Notes: a model not told the origin generated them from the letters alone. Shown: positions 22,884 to 37,525, counted from the first letter of the stretch. The stretch is DNA of 64,000 nt from Octopus sinensis (GCF_006345805.1 NC_043010.1:50220001-50284000); one strand, 5' to 3'. Made by a program: numbers and translations.

Positions 22884-23680
22884 ATGATGACACTGCCTGA
22901 CCAAATGAAAAGCAAGTTCTTCAGAGCCATAGTAGAATCAATTCTTCTTTATGGTTCATTAGCTTGGGCTCTGACAAAAGAAAGATTGATGGGACCTACA
23001 CACACATGTTGCATGTTGTCTTCATCAAATGGAAACGGCATCCAAAGAAGGCAGAGCTTTATAGAAATATCCCCAACATATCAATAATTCAAGAGTGTAT
23101 GACAAAATATGCTGGTCACTGCTATTAACGATAAACGTCGCCCTTTTCAAACCTGGCCAGGCTCATGGGCCCGGTTTCCCTGTTTCTGTGGCGTATGTGT
23201 TCCCCCCCCCCCAGCTGGACGGGACACCAGTCCATCACAGTGTTAGTCAAGAAACAGGAAGGGAGAGTGAGAGAAAGTTGTGACGAAAGAGTACAACAGG
23301 GGTCTCCACCACCCCCTGCCGGAGCCTCGTGGAGCTTTTAGGTGTTTTTGCTCAATAAGCACACAACGCCTGGTCTGGAAATTGAAACTGCGATCCTCCA
23401 ATCGTGAGTCTGTTGCCCTAACCACTGGGTCATTGCGCCTCCACCACTGATATTAAAGCAAAGGTTAAATTGTGAATGAGTTTCTATTGTGGATCATGAG
23501 CCAAGGGAATTCTCATGTTAGAAGACCAAAAATGACATACATTGATGGACTTTCTCATGATGTTGAGTTACAAATAGAACCCAGAAATGTTGTGGATGAC
23601 AGGAACACTTAGAGACAAAGAGGAGAATTGGTGTGGGCAACCAACTCACCTGAAATGATCGATAGATCACAGCTAGTTCA
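22884..23680 (+). mobile_element. Highly degenerate LINE C-terminal fragment interrupted by a SINE
   Basis: KSKFFRAIVESILLYGS.AW.LTK resembles the post-RT region of RTE-like LINEs. Confidence 0.55.
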
Positions 23681-26347
23681 CAATCTGCAGAAATTGAATT
23701 AATACTTGAAAATGGTGTAAATGTTTCACTGTAAGAAAAACTATTACTCTTTTACTCTTTACTCTTTCACTTGTTTCAGTCATTTGACTGTGGCCATGCT
23801 GGAGCACTGCATTTAGTCGAGCAAATCGACCCCAGGACTTATTCTTTGTAAGCCTAGTACTTATTCTATCGGACTCTTTTGCCGAACTGCTAAGTTACAG
23901 GGATGTAAACACACCAACATCTGTTGTCAAGCGATGTTGGGGGGACAAACATAGACACACAAACATATATACACACACACACACATATGTATATATATAT
24001 ACACACACAAACACACGACAGGCTTCTTTCAGTTTCCTTCTACCAAATCTACTCACAAGGCTTTGGTTGGCCCGAGGCTATAGTAGAAGACACTTGCCCA
24101 AGGTGCCACGCAGTGGAAATGAACCCGGAACCATGTGATTGGTAAGCAAACTACTTACCACATAGCCACTCCTGTGCTTATTAGTTCATGAAAAATGAAA
24201 ATTATGAAAAAGGTTGAAGCTCACATTATGAGCAAACTTCACACCTCTGTGTATGTGTGTGTGTGTGTTGGTCATAATTAATCTAAAAGCACTCTTTAGC
24301 ATTTAAACTGGCCATATCCATCCCAAATATTCTGTTTTATGTTCAAACTGGCCAGATCTAGTTTCTCACACCTACCCTGTAGTAGAAGACACTTGCCCCA
24401 AGGGCTATGTTGTGGGGCACATGGTTGCAAAACAAGCTTCTTAACCACACAGCCATGCCTAATTGTTAATTCCTGCAACTGCTACTTTGATCTATTGTTT
24501 CATTCCCTCAACTATTAGTGATAAATTGCATTTGGCCCTCCCCAGACCATATCCCTTCTCACTGCTATTGGGGTGGAGATGAAGGCGGCGAGCTGGCAGA
24601 CTCGTTAGCACACCGGGCGAAATGCTTAGCGGTATTTCGCCTACTGCTACGTTCTGAGTTCAAATTCCACTTAGGTCAACTTTGCCATTCACCCTTTCTC
24701 GTATTTCCAGTTCCAGTATATCTTTTTATTTTATTTATTTATTTATGTACTTGTTTTTGGTTAATTTTATTAAGTCACATGTATTGCCATCATACTCAAA
24801 AATTTAGATGATTCAATTGGTGTCCTAAATAACTCATTGCCATTGTGTCACAAACTAATGCCAAATTATTAAACAAAAGTAAATAGGTCATATGACATTT
24901 GCTTTGGGAGATAGCAGCCAAGCAGTTAGAAAGATCGATCTTAGTTAAGCTTAAAAAGATAAGTGATGTCTATTTTTAGTCATGGTTCTTTTTATGTCAT
25001 AGTTAGATACTGGAAAGATTTTTTTGGCTTTTTCTTTTAAGTGATGTTGATAAAAGGGGAAGACTATTTTGGCACATGCTTTTTCTTTTAACCTGTTAGC
25101 AATCAAATGTAAAGCTTATTTATTCACATTGTTTTGAATTAATCATGCATTGTCTCATACCTTTGCGAGTTCAATAAAGTGATTGTTGGATTTTTAGAAT
25201 GACATTGTATGGTAGGTTTGAGAGATAAGTCTTGGCTGGTTTGATCATAAAACTGGTAAAATATTTGGGTCAGATATGACCAGTTTAAATGTTAATAAAA
25301 CAAAGCTATATTTTGAAGACAAGTTGGGAATTTGGAAATTGTCACACAACTAATCCTGCTTCTACCTGTGTTCACCACTCATTGCATTCCCCTCTATCAG
25401 TCTGTCATCCTCCTTCCACACTCTTATGGACTTACTTATCTATCTTTCTAAAACTAGAGAGTGCACCATGAAACATCATCATCATCATCGTTTAACGTCT
25501 GCTTTCCATGCTAGCATGAGTTGGACAATTTTGACTGAGGGCTGGTGAACCAGATGGCTGCACCAGGCTCCAATCTTGATTTGGCAGAGTTTCTACAGCT
25601 GGATGCCCTTAACGCCAACCACTCCAAGAGTGTAGTGGGTGCTTTTTACGTGCCACCGGCACGAGGGCCAGTCAGGTGGTACTGGCGACGACCTCGCTCG
25701 AATCTTTTTAAACATGCCACCAGCACAGGTGCCAGTAAGGCGACGTTGGTAACGATCACGCTCAACTGGTGCCCATTTACGTGCCACTGGCATGGAAGCC
25801 AGTTGGCTGCTCTGGCAACGATTATGCTCGGATGGTGCTGTTGGCAGTAAGGCAACGCTGTTAACGATCATACTCGAATGGTGCCTTTTAAGTGCCACTG
25901 GCACGGAAGCTAGTTAGCCGCTCTGTCAATGGTCACGCTTGTATGGTGCTCTTTGCACCCTGCTGGTACGGATGCAAGTCATCGAATTTGATTTTGATTG
26001 ATTTCACTTGCCTCAACAGGTCTTCACAGGTCTTCACAAGCAGAGTTTTAGTGTCCAAAGAAACCCTGAATCTCCCCCTCAGCAAGACAACTGTACCTGT
26101 ATTTCTATCATGCTTGAACTTCTTGTCACTTGGCACAAAGCCACACCACTCAATACTCAGCACTGGCACACCGTCGGTTACGAAATGCAGATAGTACTCA
26201 TTGTTACTAGCTGAGTGGACTGGAGCAAAGTGAAATAAAGTGTCTTGCTCAAGGACACAACGTGTCGCTGGGAATTGAACTCATGACCTTATGACTGTGA
26301 GTCGAATACCCTAACCACTGAGCCACAAACCTTCACCTTACTCAATA

Positions 26348-26492
26348 CCTATTTCTTTATTACCTACAAGGGGCTAAACACAGAGGGGACAAACAAGGAC
26401 AGACATGGGTATTAAATTGACTACATTGACCCCAGTGCGTAACTGGTACTTAATTTATCGACCCCGAAAGGATGAAAGGCAAAGTCGACCTC
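26348..26492 (-). mobile_element. 5'-truncated family A SINE flanked by a caccttactcaatacct direct repeat (TSD-like)
   Basis: Same 17-mer at 26334-26350 and 26492-26508, overlapping the element ends. Confidence 0.7.
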
Positions 26493-26762
26493 ACCTTACT
26501 CAATACCTTATGCAATACTACACCTTTACCCATTACTCAATACTGCATCACCTCAATTGAGGGATATTGTCTTGTGAGTTACATGGTAACCTCACTGGTG
26601 TCACATAAAAAGCATCCGGTACAGATGTAGCTTTGTGGTTGAGAAGTTTCCTCACCAGGAGGTCTTGGTTTCAGTTCCACTGCACAGCACCTTGAGCAAG
26701 GTCTTCAATAACAGTGCCCAAGCTGACCAAAGCCTTGGTAAATGTTGATTTACCAAATCAAA

Positions 26763-27109
26763 TTTCAGTACCGGTTTCAGTCATTGAGACCTTTTCTACT
26801 GTAAGTATGGAAAACAATTAAATTTTGGAAAAATTAAAAGAAAAGTATTTTAAAAGAATATTTGCATAGTATTCAAATACAAGGGGCATTTTCTTTGTTT
26901 CTGCCTGTCTCTGTCTCTCTTGTTTACTCTTCTGGGTTCAAGGTAAACTAAACAAGAGAGACAGACAGGCAGAAACAAGAAAAATGCCCCTTGTATTTGA
27001 ATACTATGCAATATTCTTTTAAAATACTTTTCTTTTAATTTTTCCAAAATTCAATTGTTTTCCATACTTACAGTTGAAAAAGTCTCAATGACTGAAACCA
27101 GTACTGGAA
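26763..27109. repeat. Foldback palindrome, arms of about 160 bp, loop of about 20 nt
   Basis: Left arm ttcagtaccggtttcagtcattgagac...cttgttta; right arm taaacaag...gtctcaatgactgaaaccagtactgga. Confidence 0.92.
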
Positions 27110-27406
27110 TGTTTTTTATAAAACTATTTGACTTTTTCCCATATATATATCAGTGCAGATGGCATGTAAAAAACACCATTTTCGAGCATGGCCGTTGCCA
27201 GTACCGCCAGACTGGCCCTCGTGCCAGTGGCACTTTAAAAGCACCCACTACACTCTCGGAGTGGTTGGTGTTAGGAAGGGCATCCAGCTGTAGAAATTCT
27301 GCCAGATCAGATTGGAGCCTGACGCAGCCATCTGGTTCACCAGTCCTCAGTCAAATCATCCAACCTATGCTAGCATGGAAAACGGACGTTAAACGATGAT
27401 GATGAT

Positions 27407-27447
<41 letters not shown>

Positions 27448-27677
27448 TGAGCTTCTTTCACTTTCTATCTACCAAACCCACTCACAAAACTTTGGTTGGA
27501 GAAAACACTTGCCCAATGTGCCATGTAGTGGGACTGAATCCAAACCTGTGTAGTTGAGAAGCAAACGTCTTTAACCACACAGCACTTCAAATGTGGCTTT
27601 GTGGATCTCTTGACTGTTATTGTTGTGTAGCACCTAAGTCCTGATCAAAATGATGTTGGTGGTAGTGATGGTGGTTA

Positions 27678-27911
27678 AGGTGGCGAGCTGGCAGAATCAT
27701 TAGCACACCGGGCGAAATGCTTAGCGGTATTTCGTCTGCTGCTACATTCTGAGTTCAAATTCCACCGAGGTCAACTTTGCCTTTCATCCTTTCGGGGTCG
27801 ATTAAATAAGTACCAGCTATGCATTGGGGTCGATATAATCGACTTAATCCGTTTGTCTGTCCTTGTTTGTCCTCTCGGTGTTTAGCCCCTTGTGAATAGT
27901 AAAGAAATAGG
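27678..27911 (+). mobile_element. SINE family A, full-length monomer
   Basis: Complete head to aaagaaatagg tail; similar copy at 56685-56917. Confidence 0.85.
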
Positions 27912-28466
27912 TAGTGATGGTGATAGTGGTGGAGTTGGTGGTGGCAGTAGCTGTGGTGATGATGAGGGTGAAGAGGAAGAAAAGAAGAGTGATAATGTTG
28001 GATGCTGTTTTGTATTTTAAGATATAACATCGCCAAAAATGTACAGAAATTCTCATCACTGAGATTTTGGTAAATTCTTCCTTGAAAAACAACAGGAATG
28101 TTTATCTGGTTAATTAAGAACTCATGGTGCTAGCTAGATTTTTTTTGCTGGTTTTTCTAGTGTTTTCAGTTTGTACAGACTGTTGATTGAGTGTATAGAA
28201 TGTAATATCGTATGGTTTATATATGTGGCTAGCGTGGGAGTTAAGAACGTGTTTACCTTCTCTATGCAATTGTATACATGTGAATATCTAATTGTTTACG
28301 TAAAGAAATGCGGTTTTATGGTTTGTTATATATACATTTATCACTCACTGTGTGAATACACACATTTACATTAAAAGTATACATACACACGTATACATAG
28401 ACACACATACCCATATGTATTTGTGTGTCTGTTTTGTGTGCATATATATATATGTATATATGTATA

Positions 28467-28498
<32 letters not shown>

Positions 28499-28623
28499 CT
28501 TTATTAAAAAGCATATATATATATTATATATATATATATATAAGTCCAGTAAAATTTAGATTTAGGTACTTAAGTTAAAGGCACCAGAATTTGGTATCCA
28601 TATAATTCAAAATGGGGTGATTA

Positions 28624-28836
28624 CAATCAAAATAAGCAACAAGAAGATCCAGAGGTAATGCAGTATGATTGTTTCATGCACCTCCATTTAATTGAACAAT
28701 GCAAATATTACATCAGTTTTAAAATGATTGCTCTACATTTTAAAACTGATGCAATATTTGCATTGTTCAATTGAGTCGCATGAAACGATCTCGTACTGCA
28801 TTACCTCTGGATATCCTTGTTGCTTATTTTGATTAT
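28624..28836. repeat. Foldback palindrome, arms of about 100 bp
   Basis: aatcaaaataagcaacaag...ttttaaaatg / cattttaaaa...cttgttgcttattttgatt. Confidence 0.88.
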
Positions 28837-28860
28837 ATATATATATATATATATATTATA

Positions 28861-29011
28861 CTTTATTAAAATGCAGCAAAAATATCACAAAAACCGTTAC
28901 TCAAGAGTTTCATGTTCCTGTTTGTCGGACAGAAACAAAACTGTCCGACGAACGGGAACGTGAAACTCTGAGTAACAGTTTTTGTGATATTTTTGCTGCT
29001 TGTTAATAAAG
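28861..29011. repeat. Foldback palindrome, arms of about 70 bp
   Basis: ctttattaa..gcagcaaaaatatcacaaaaac.gttactca..gagtttca...gtcggacag / ctgtccgac...tgaaactc.gagtaac.gtttttgtgatatttttgctgc..ttaataaag. Confidence 0.88.
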
Positions 29012-29089
29012 CATATTACTCTATCTCTGGTATTTGAGTACTATTTTTTCCACCTTGTTTTGCATTTATGTGCTTACTCTGCTATATAT

Positions 29090-29138
<49 letters not shown>

Positions 29139-32100
29139 TATGTGTATGTATATATATATTTGAAAGTCTATGGGAATAACTTAACACGGTTTTGAAGTGT
29201 AAAGGTGATTTTTTTAAAAAGTATTTTTTTAAAAAATGTTATAAAATCTTCTATCAGGATGTTAGTAACCTTTTTTGAGAAGGTTTTTTTTTTGTGTGTG
29301 TGAGTCTGTGTGTCCACACCTATGCATGTGGCATCATCATCATTTAATTCTTGTTTTCCATGCTGGCATGGATTGGATGGTTTCACCAGAGTTGGCAAGC
29401 TGATGAGTTACACCAGGTCCCTTCCTAACGCCAGTCACTTAACTTTTTTTTGCTGGGTGCTTTATATATGCCACCAGCACAGGTGCTTTTTATGTGGGCA
29501 ATCTATGGTAGTGGAGGGCGCAAAGCTTAAAGTTGTTGGAAAACCACTAGCAAGCAACTGCAGCAACAGATATGTGTTCTACTTAGGAGTTAAGCATTAA
29601 CTTATTCAACCAACCTCTTAAAATCTTAACCTAGATAAGATATACTATGCAGACATTTTTCAGATATTGAATTTCCTATTAAACTGACTACAGTTTTTTT
29701 TCTAATGTAAACTTGACCAACCAGTTGATACACACAGGAAGATAGAAAGCCAAGGTAGAAAACAAGCCAGTATGATTTAAAAATTGATATTTGAATATTG
29801 ATTTCAAATTCTGACACAAGGCCAGCAATTTCGGGGGTGTGGTGGGTAAGTCAATTACACTGCCTCCAGTGTTTAACTGATATTTTTTTATCAACCTGAA
29901 AGGATGAAAGGCAAGATTGATCTCAGAACATAAAAGATGGATGAAATGTTGCTAATCATTTGCCTGGCTTGCAAATGATTCTGACAGCTGGCCATCGCAA
30001 TGATTTTAAATTTCGGCACAAGGCCAGCAATTTCAGGGGAAGGATACGTTGTTTTACATTGTGACCCCAGTGCTCAACTGGTACATATTTTATCACATGA
30101 GGAATGTTTGTCTCCAACAATTCGGTGTGACACCAGTGCAAAATCACCTTCCTCCGACAAGTCATCCTAACAAAACGTCTGCGTTGGCTGGGTCATGCCC
30201 TCTTTCGTCAACCTGGAGAATTCATCTACCAAGCAATTGCTCCAGCTCCCCTTCAGGGTTGGCGAAAGTGATGTGGTGGACAATGAAAAACCTGGCTGAT
30301 GACAGTCAAGGCTGATTGGGAACCCAACCTAGGCCCCCATGTCTACGGCATTTGCCGCTGGAATAAGGAGTGGTTGGAGATCATGTACTCGTTAGCCTCA
30401 AATCACCAGGCCTGGTCGGCTTTTCTGAGAGATGAAGCATTGAGGATGAATGAAGCCAGCTCAACCCACCCTGGGTGAATGCTGTATCAAGACAAGAAGA
30501 AGACTTATTTTAGAGACCCCAAAAGGATGAAAGGCAAAGTTGGCTTTGGCTGAGTTTGAACTCAGAACAGGAAGATGGTCAAAATCAATGCCAAGCATTA
30601 CTTCCAATTTGTTAATGATTCTGCCAGCACATCATCTTGATTAATATTTTAATATTGATTTATTTTACTGGGGCAGTAAACACACAGGCATGGCTTGATG
30701 GCTAAGAAGCTTACTTCCTGATCACATAGTTTCAAGTTCAATCCCACTACAGGGTACCTTAGGCAAGTGTCTGCTACTACTGTCTCAGGTCAACCAAAGC
30801 CTTGAGAGTGGATGTGTTTGCAAGAAACAAAAATTGACCCCAGCACTTTTTTTTCTTTTATTCAACCTGGTACTTATTTTATTGGTCTCTTTTACCAAAC
30901 TGTGGAGGTGTGTGGCTTAGTGGTTAGGGTGTCAGCATCATGATCATAAGATTGTGGTTTCGATTCCTGGACTGGGTGACGCATTGTGTTCTTGAGCAAA
31001 ACACTTCATTTTACGTTGCTCCAGTTCACTCAGCTGGCAAAAATGAGTAACGCTGTGATGGACTGGTGTCCTGTCCAGCTGGGAACACATACACCATAGT
31101 AACCAGGAAACCGGGCCCATGAACCTGGCTAGGCTTTTAAAAGGGCACATTTATTTATTTATTTTTTTACCAAACTACAAAGTTACAGGGATGTAAACAA
31201 ACCAACTCTAATTGTCATGTTGTGTGTGGGGAAAAGCACAAAGACACACCTCCACACACATGTACACACACATACAGTAGGCTTCTTTCAGTTTCTGTCT
31301 ATCAAATCTACTCACAAGGTTTTGGTCAACATGAGGCTATAGTAGGAGGCTCTTGCTCAAGGTGCCACACAGTGGGACTGAACCCAGAACCAAGTGGAGA
31401 AATGCAAAGCCAATTATCTTGGTGCTAGTGTCATTACAGATATTGCTGTCAGAATACAGAGAGTTAGAGCAAATATTGTTTCTAATTCAGACACAAAATC
31501 AGCTATTTTTAGGGGAAGGTGTTAGTCGATACTATTGACCCCCAGTCAATAAAATAAATGCGCCCTTTTAGAGCCTAGCCAGGTTCATGGGCCCGGTTTC
31601 TATGGCGTATGTGTTTCCCAGCTGGACGGGACGCCAGTTCATCGCAGCATTACTCATTTTTGCCAGCTGAGTAGACTGGAGCAACGTGAAATGAAGTATT
31701 TTGCTCAAGGACACAACACGTCGCCCGGACCAGGAATCAAAACCACAATCTTACGATCATGATGCTGACACCCTAACCACTAAGCCATGCGCCTCCACAG
31801 AAAAAAAAACTTATTTACCTAAGTTTTAACATCATCTTCTTTGAAATAGTCACCTTACGCAGCAATACACTGGTCACAGTGTTCCTGCCACTTTTCGAAT
31901 CCAGCCCTGAAAGTAATTTTCTTTAAGCAAGTTGAGGACCTACTGACTGTTATTCTATTGACTGGTATTATATTTTATTGACCCTGGAGGGATGAAAGGC
32001 AAAGTTAACCTTGGTGAGATTTGAACTCAGAATGTAATGAAATGGAAGAAATACACAAAGCACTTTCATGAATGTTCCAATGATCCAGCCAACCAATCAT

Positions 32101-33461
32101 CCTTGAGCAGGGACACATACTGCAAAGGATCCTAGTTGACACTCTGATAATCCTTTCTACTAAAGGCACAAAGCCTGAAGTTTGGTGTGAGGGGACTAGT
32201 TGATTACATCGACCCCAGTGTATCACTGGTACGTACTTCGTTGAGCCCGAAAGAATGAAAGGCAAAGTTGACCTCAGCAGAATTTGAACTCAGAATTTAG
32301 TAACAGGTGAAATATTGCTAAGCATTTCATCCTGCGTGCTAACGATTCTGCCAGCTCGCCACCTTAGTTAACACTGTAATAATAATAATAATTCTTTCCA
32401 CTGGAGGCACATGGCCTCAAATTTGTAGGGTGGTGACTAATTAATTACATCGACCTCGGTGTTTCACTGGTACTTAATTTATCGATCCCAAAAAGATGAA
32501 AGGCAAAGTCGACCCTGGCGGAATTTGAACTCAGAACATAGCGACAGGCAAAATACTGCTAAGCATTTCATCCAGCATGCTAATGATTCTGCTAGCTCAC
32601 CGCCTTTGACACTCTAATAATAATAATTATCTATCATCCTGGACCAGTGCTTTTTTTCTCAACCCCGAAATGATGAAAGGCAAAGCTGATCTGGGCAGGA
32701 TTTGAACTCAAAGTGCAGAAAGTTGAAATAAAGGCACTCTTATCCAATGCTAACAACTCTGCCAATTCACTGGATTTTGCATTTTATATTTGGGCCATAA
32801 TACAGTTCCCATTTTATTGGTTGGCATTTATGGATTTTTCCAAGGTTCAGTGGTCATTTTACAGACCTGTATAATTAGTACACTTGTACATTCACACACA
32901 CAGAGTTTATTAATTTCTGAATTCTCTTTTGTTGTAGCTAGTACTGTTGGTAGCCAAGTAGCTAGAAATGCATTCATTGGTCTACCAGAGACCACCCTGA
33001 GATGACAATTGGTTTTTCTTAACACCTGTTGCCTAAAGTAAGAATTTTCTAATGGCAAACTGCTGTGAAAATAGTCTTTTTTACAGGTCAAATACCACAA
33101 GCATATTTTTTTTTTATAATTTTTAATTTTTATCTAGTTTCAGCTCACGAGCTGTGGCCATGCTGGGGCATCGCCATTTAGAAAATGAAGACTGTCTATG
33201 ATAGTTCAGTAAAAATAACAGTCAACTTCTACACCAGAAATTACTTTGTCAGGATCAGAGATAAAGTGTAATGACCAATAGAGAAGAAACTGTAACCAAA
33301 AGGAATACAGGGTGTTTTTGTTTCAATTAATCACAAAAAAATATTGTTTCTTCACACACAAAATGAAGATGTGTCAGAAGTTTTTCATGGTAAATAAATT
33401 CTGGATCACAGTCTGTTTGCCAAAAAAATTTTTTTCTTTGTATAGATTCTACATCAGGAAT

Positions 33462-34145
33462 AGGAACACTGTGACCAGAGTATTGCTGCACAAGGTGACT
33501 ATTTCAAAGGAGATGATGTTAAAATTTAGGTAAATAAGTTTTTTTTTCTGTGGAGGTGCATGGCTTAGTGGTTAGGGTGTCAGCATCATGATCGTAAGAT
33601 TGTGGTTTTGATTCCTGGTCTGGGCGACGCGTTGTGTCCTTGAGCAAAACACTTCATTTCACGTTGCTCCAGTTAGCATTTAAACTGGCCATATCCCACC
33701 CAAATATTTTATCTGTTATTTGTTCAAACCAGCGAGATCTGGCTTCTCACACTTACCTTACAGTATCTTTCTAAAAATAAACAATCGCGTCATCGAAATT
33801 TCGAAATTACAAGATAAGGCATGATTGATTCAAAACAATATAAATAAATATGCATAACATTCAACAGAATAATCTAACTGCAACAGGGTAAAAAAAACCC
33901 CAAAAAAACCAACAACAACAAATTCTGTATACATCATCTATATTCTATTTATATCAGGCAGAAGTTGATGTACTGGATGACATGCAAAAAATTTCCAACT
34001 GATCGAAATTTGCATTGTATGTTCTAACTATATACTCCAGCCTATTATTGATAATTAGTTGTATCCTCTCTAATTTTTCTCTCTTTCACTGTATTGTTCT
34101 TATATTTTGTATGTGTATATGCAGATTGGTGTGCATGTACGAATT

Positions 34146-34196
<51 letters not shown>

Positions 34197-35174
34197 AAGA
34201 GTGAGTATACACAAACATATGAATGTAGATACATATATGCATACACATCTAATTTATCAAGTTTCCTCATTAGCGATAATACTTTTAAACACTGAGTGAC
34301 TCTATCAAGTCAATTCATTAGCAATATTGTTCTTAATCTGATTTAAAAGTTTTTTTATTCCACAACATTGCTTCCTGTGTTTGCTATATAATTTATTTGA
34401 GCCTGGTGCTTGATTGTATGCAGTCAGTAGGTCCTCAACTCGCTGAAAGAAAATGACTTTCAGGGCTGGATTCGAAAAGTGGCAGGAACATTGTGACCGG
34501 TGTATTGCTGCGCAAGGTGACTATTTCAAAGGAGATGATGTTAAAACTTAGGTAAATAAGTTTTTTTTTCTGTGGAGGCACATGGCTTAGTGGTTAGGGT
34601 GTCAGCATCATGATCGTAAGATTGTGGTTTTGATTCCTGGTCCGGGCGACGCGTTGTGTCCTTGAGCAAAACACTTCATTTCACGTTGCTCCAGTTAGCA
34701 TTTAAACTGGCCATATCCCACCCAAATATTTTATCTGTTATTTGTTCAAACCAGCGAGATCTGGCTTCTCACACTTACCTTACAGTATCTTTCTAAAAAT
34801 AAACAATCGCGTCATCGAAATTTCGAAATTACAAGATAAGGCATGATTGATTCAAAACAATATAAATAAATATGCATAACATTCAACAGAATGATCTAAC
34901 TGCAACAGGGTAAAAAAAACCCAAAAAAACCAACAACAACAAATTCTGTTTACATCAACTATATTCTATTTATATCAGGCAGAAGTTGATGTACTGGTTG
35001 ACATGCAAAAAGTTTCCAACTGATCGAAATTTGCATTGTATGTTCTAACTATATACTCCAGCCTATTATTGATTAGTTGTATCCTCTCTAATTTTTCTCT
35101 CTTTCACTGTATTGTTCTTATATTTTGTATGTATGTATGTGTGTATGCAGATTGGTGTGCATGTACAAATTTAC

Positions 35175-35267
<93 letters not shown>

Positions 35268-35769
35268 TGCAAGAGTGAGTATACACAAACATATGAATGT
35301 AGATACATATATGCATACACATCTAATTTATCAAGTTTCCTCATTAGCGATAATACTTTTAAACACTGAGTGACTCTATCAAGTTAATTCATTAGCAATA
35401 TTGTTCTTAATCTGATTTAAAAGTTTTTTTATTCGACAACATTGCTTCCTGTGTTTGTGATATAATTTATTCGAGCCTGGTGCCTGATTGTATGCAGTCA
35501 GTAGGTCCTCAACTCGCTGAAAGAAAATGACCTTCAGGGCTGGATTCGAAAAGTGGCAGGAACACTGTGACCAGTGTATTGCTGCGCAAGGTGACTATTT
35601 CAAAGGAGATGATGTTAAAACTTAATTAAATAAGTTTTTTTTTCTGTGGAGGCACATGGCTTAGTGGTTAGGGTGTCAGCATCATGATCGTAAGATTGTG
35701 GTTTTGATTCCTGGTCCGGGCGATGCGTTGTGTCCTTGAGCAAAACACTTCATTTCACGTTGCTCCAGT
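33462..35769 (+). repeat. Tandem segmental duplication, units of about 1.02-1.07 kb, 2.2 copies
   Basis: Unit starts aggaaca.tgtgacc at 33462, 34484 and 35558; each unit is mariner fragment, SINE C head, MITE fragment, unique sequence and (TA)n. Confidence 0.92.
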
Positions 35770-35958
35770 CCACTCAGCTGGCAAAAATGAGTAACGCTGC
35801 GATGAACTGGCGTCCCGTCCAGCTGGGAAACACATACGCCACAGAAACCAGGCCCACGAGCCTGGCTAGGCTTTAAAAGGGCGCATTTATTTTATTTAAA
35901 TAAGTTATTTTTTTTATTAAACATAACGAGTCCAGGAACCTTTTGATACCACCCCATA
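35500..35958 (+). mobile_element. Mariner transposase C-terminus and right end, interrupted by a family C SINE
   Basis: FRAGFEKWQEHCDQCIAAQGDYFKGD* resembles the mariner C-terminal W..RW.KC....GDYFE motif; aaataagtt flanks the SINE on both sides; end ggaaccttttgataccaccccata. Confidence 0.7.
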
Positions 35959-36544
35959 CTTATCTTAGGTGAGATGGCAGATCGTTTTCATGAAACAGAA
36001 GCTAATTTTGTTTTCTTAGTAGTTTATTGTTTATATTTTCTTATACTATCTCATGTAAGTGAGATTGAATTTAAAATCAATTACTTGAACAAACCACTTA
36101 GCTTTACCAAAATGATTAGATTATTAGACAATACTACTGTAGTTACATTTATATTCTAGGTTCAAATCCTGCCAAGGTGATTCTACTAGTCATCCTTCAA
36201 AAGGTTGATAAAATAAATCAAAGTAGTAGTCAAGGAGTTGATTTATATTCCTAAAAAGCATCCGAGATGTGAAAGGAATTATATTAGAAGAATAAGAAAA
36301 TTAAAACCATGCCAATACCATCAAACTGAATCTTAGTTTTGCCGACTGTGGTCTAGATAGGCTACCATTTTTTTACTAAAGTGCTTCAAAATTATTTGCT
36401 AAAGTGCAGAGAACTTAGCACAACAAGGCACCCATATAAGTTTTATCTGGAATTTCTGTAAACTCTTAGCTAAGGAGAGTTGTTTATTGCTATTACTGTA
36501 TTGGTTTTCTAATTCTTTATACATTCATCCATATTCATGTATGT

Positions 36545-37381
36545 CTATATATATGCGTGTATATTCATATATGTACACATATGTTCACACACACACATAT
36601 ATATGCACATATAAATAGACATAGATACATATATATAAACACACACAAACATTCATACACACACACAAACGCAAGCACACATGCACACACAAACATATAA
36701 ATATATATATGTATACACAGAAATGCAAAACTATACACATATTTACAAATGCAAGCATACACACATGCACATACAAACATACATAAATACTTGTACACAG
36801 AAATTCATATCTATACACACACATATATATGTATAGGAAACAAACACATGCATACACACACGCACACACACACAGGCTTACACATATACATATACTTCCT
36901 TCTCCCTCATATACAAATACACACATGCATGCATGCATCAGTGTTCTTGTGATGTCTTAAAAGCTGTAAAACATCTGTTTTTATACGAAACACTGTTCTC
37001 AAAAGATAATTAGTAAAGGAGAAAAAAAAAAAAGCAAAATGTTCCACAAATAACCAGAGTTAAACCAATTTGTTTATTTCCAAAAATATTTTATGTATTA
37101 CAGCTTTAGTGTCTTGTCATTTAAGTATTTTCTGAAAACTTTCCAATTTTTGAATCCTTTTAACAACTGCATCATATACATATATATGTATATGTCAATA
37201 TATATATATATATATGTATATGTAAATATATGTATATATAAATATGTATATGTAAATATATGTATATGTAAATATATATATGTATATGTGTATATATATG
37301 TATATATATTATGTATGTATATATATGTATATGTGTGTATATATATGTATATGTGTATATATATGTATATATATATTTATG

Positions 37382-37425
<44 letters not shown>

Positions 37426-37525
37426 TGTATATGTATATGCATGTATATGTATATATATGTATATATATACATGTATATAAGTATATATACATGTATATAT
37501 GTATGTAAATATATGTATATATATT
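36545..37525. repeat. Degenerate (CA/TA)n and (TATG)n microsatellite fields
   Basis: Direct inspection; similar tracts at 48580-48860, 52935-53076, 54037-54150, 60785-60866 and (AAT)n at 55768-55822 and 61678-61765. Confidence 0.9.
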
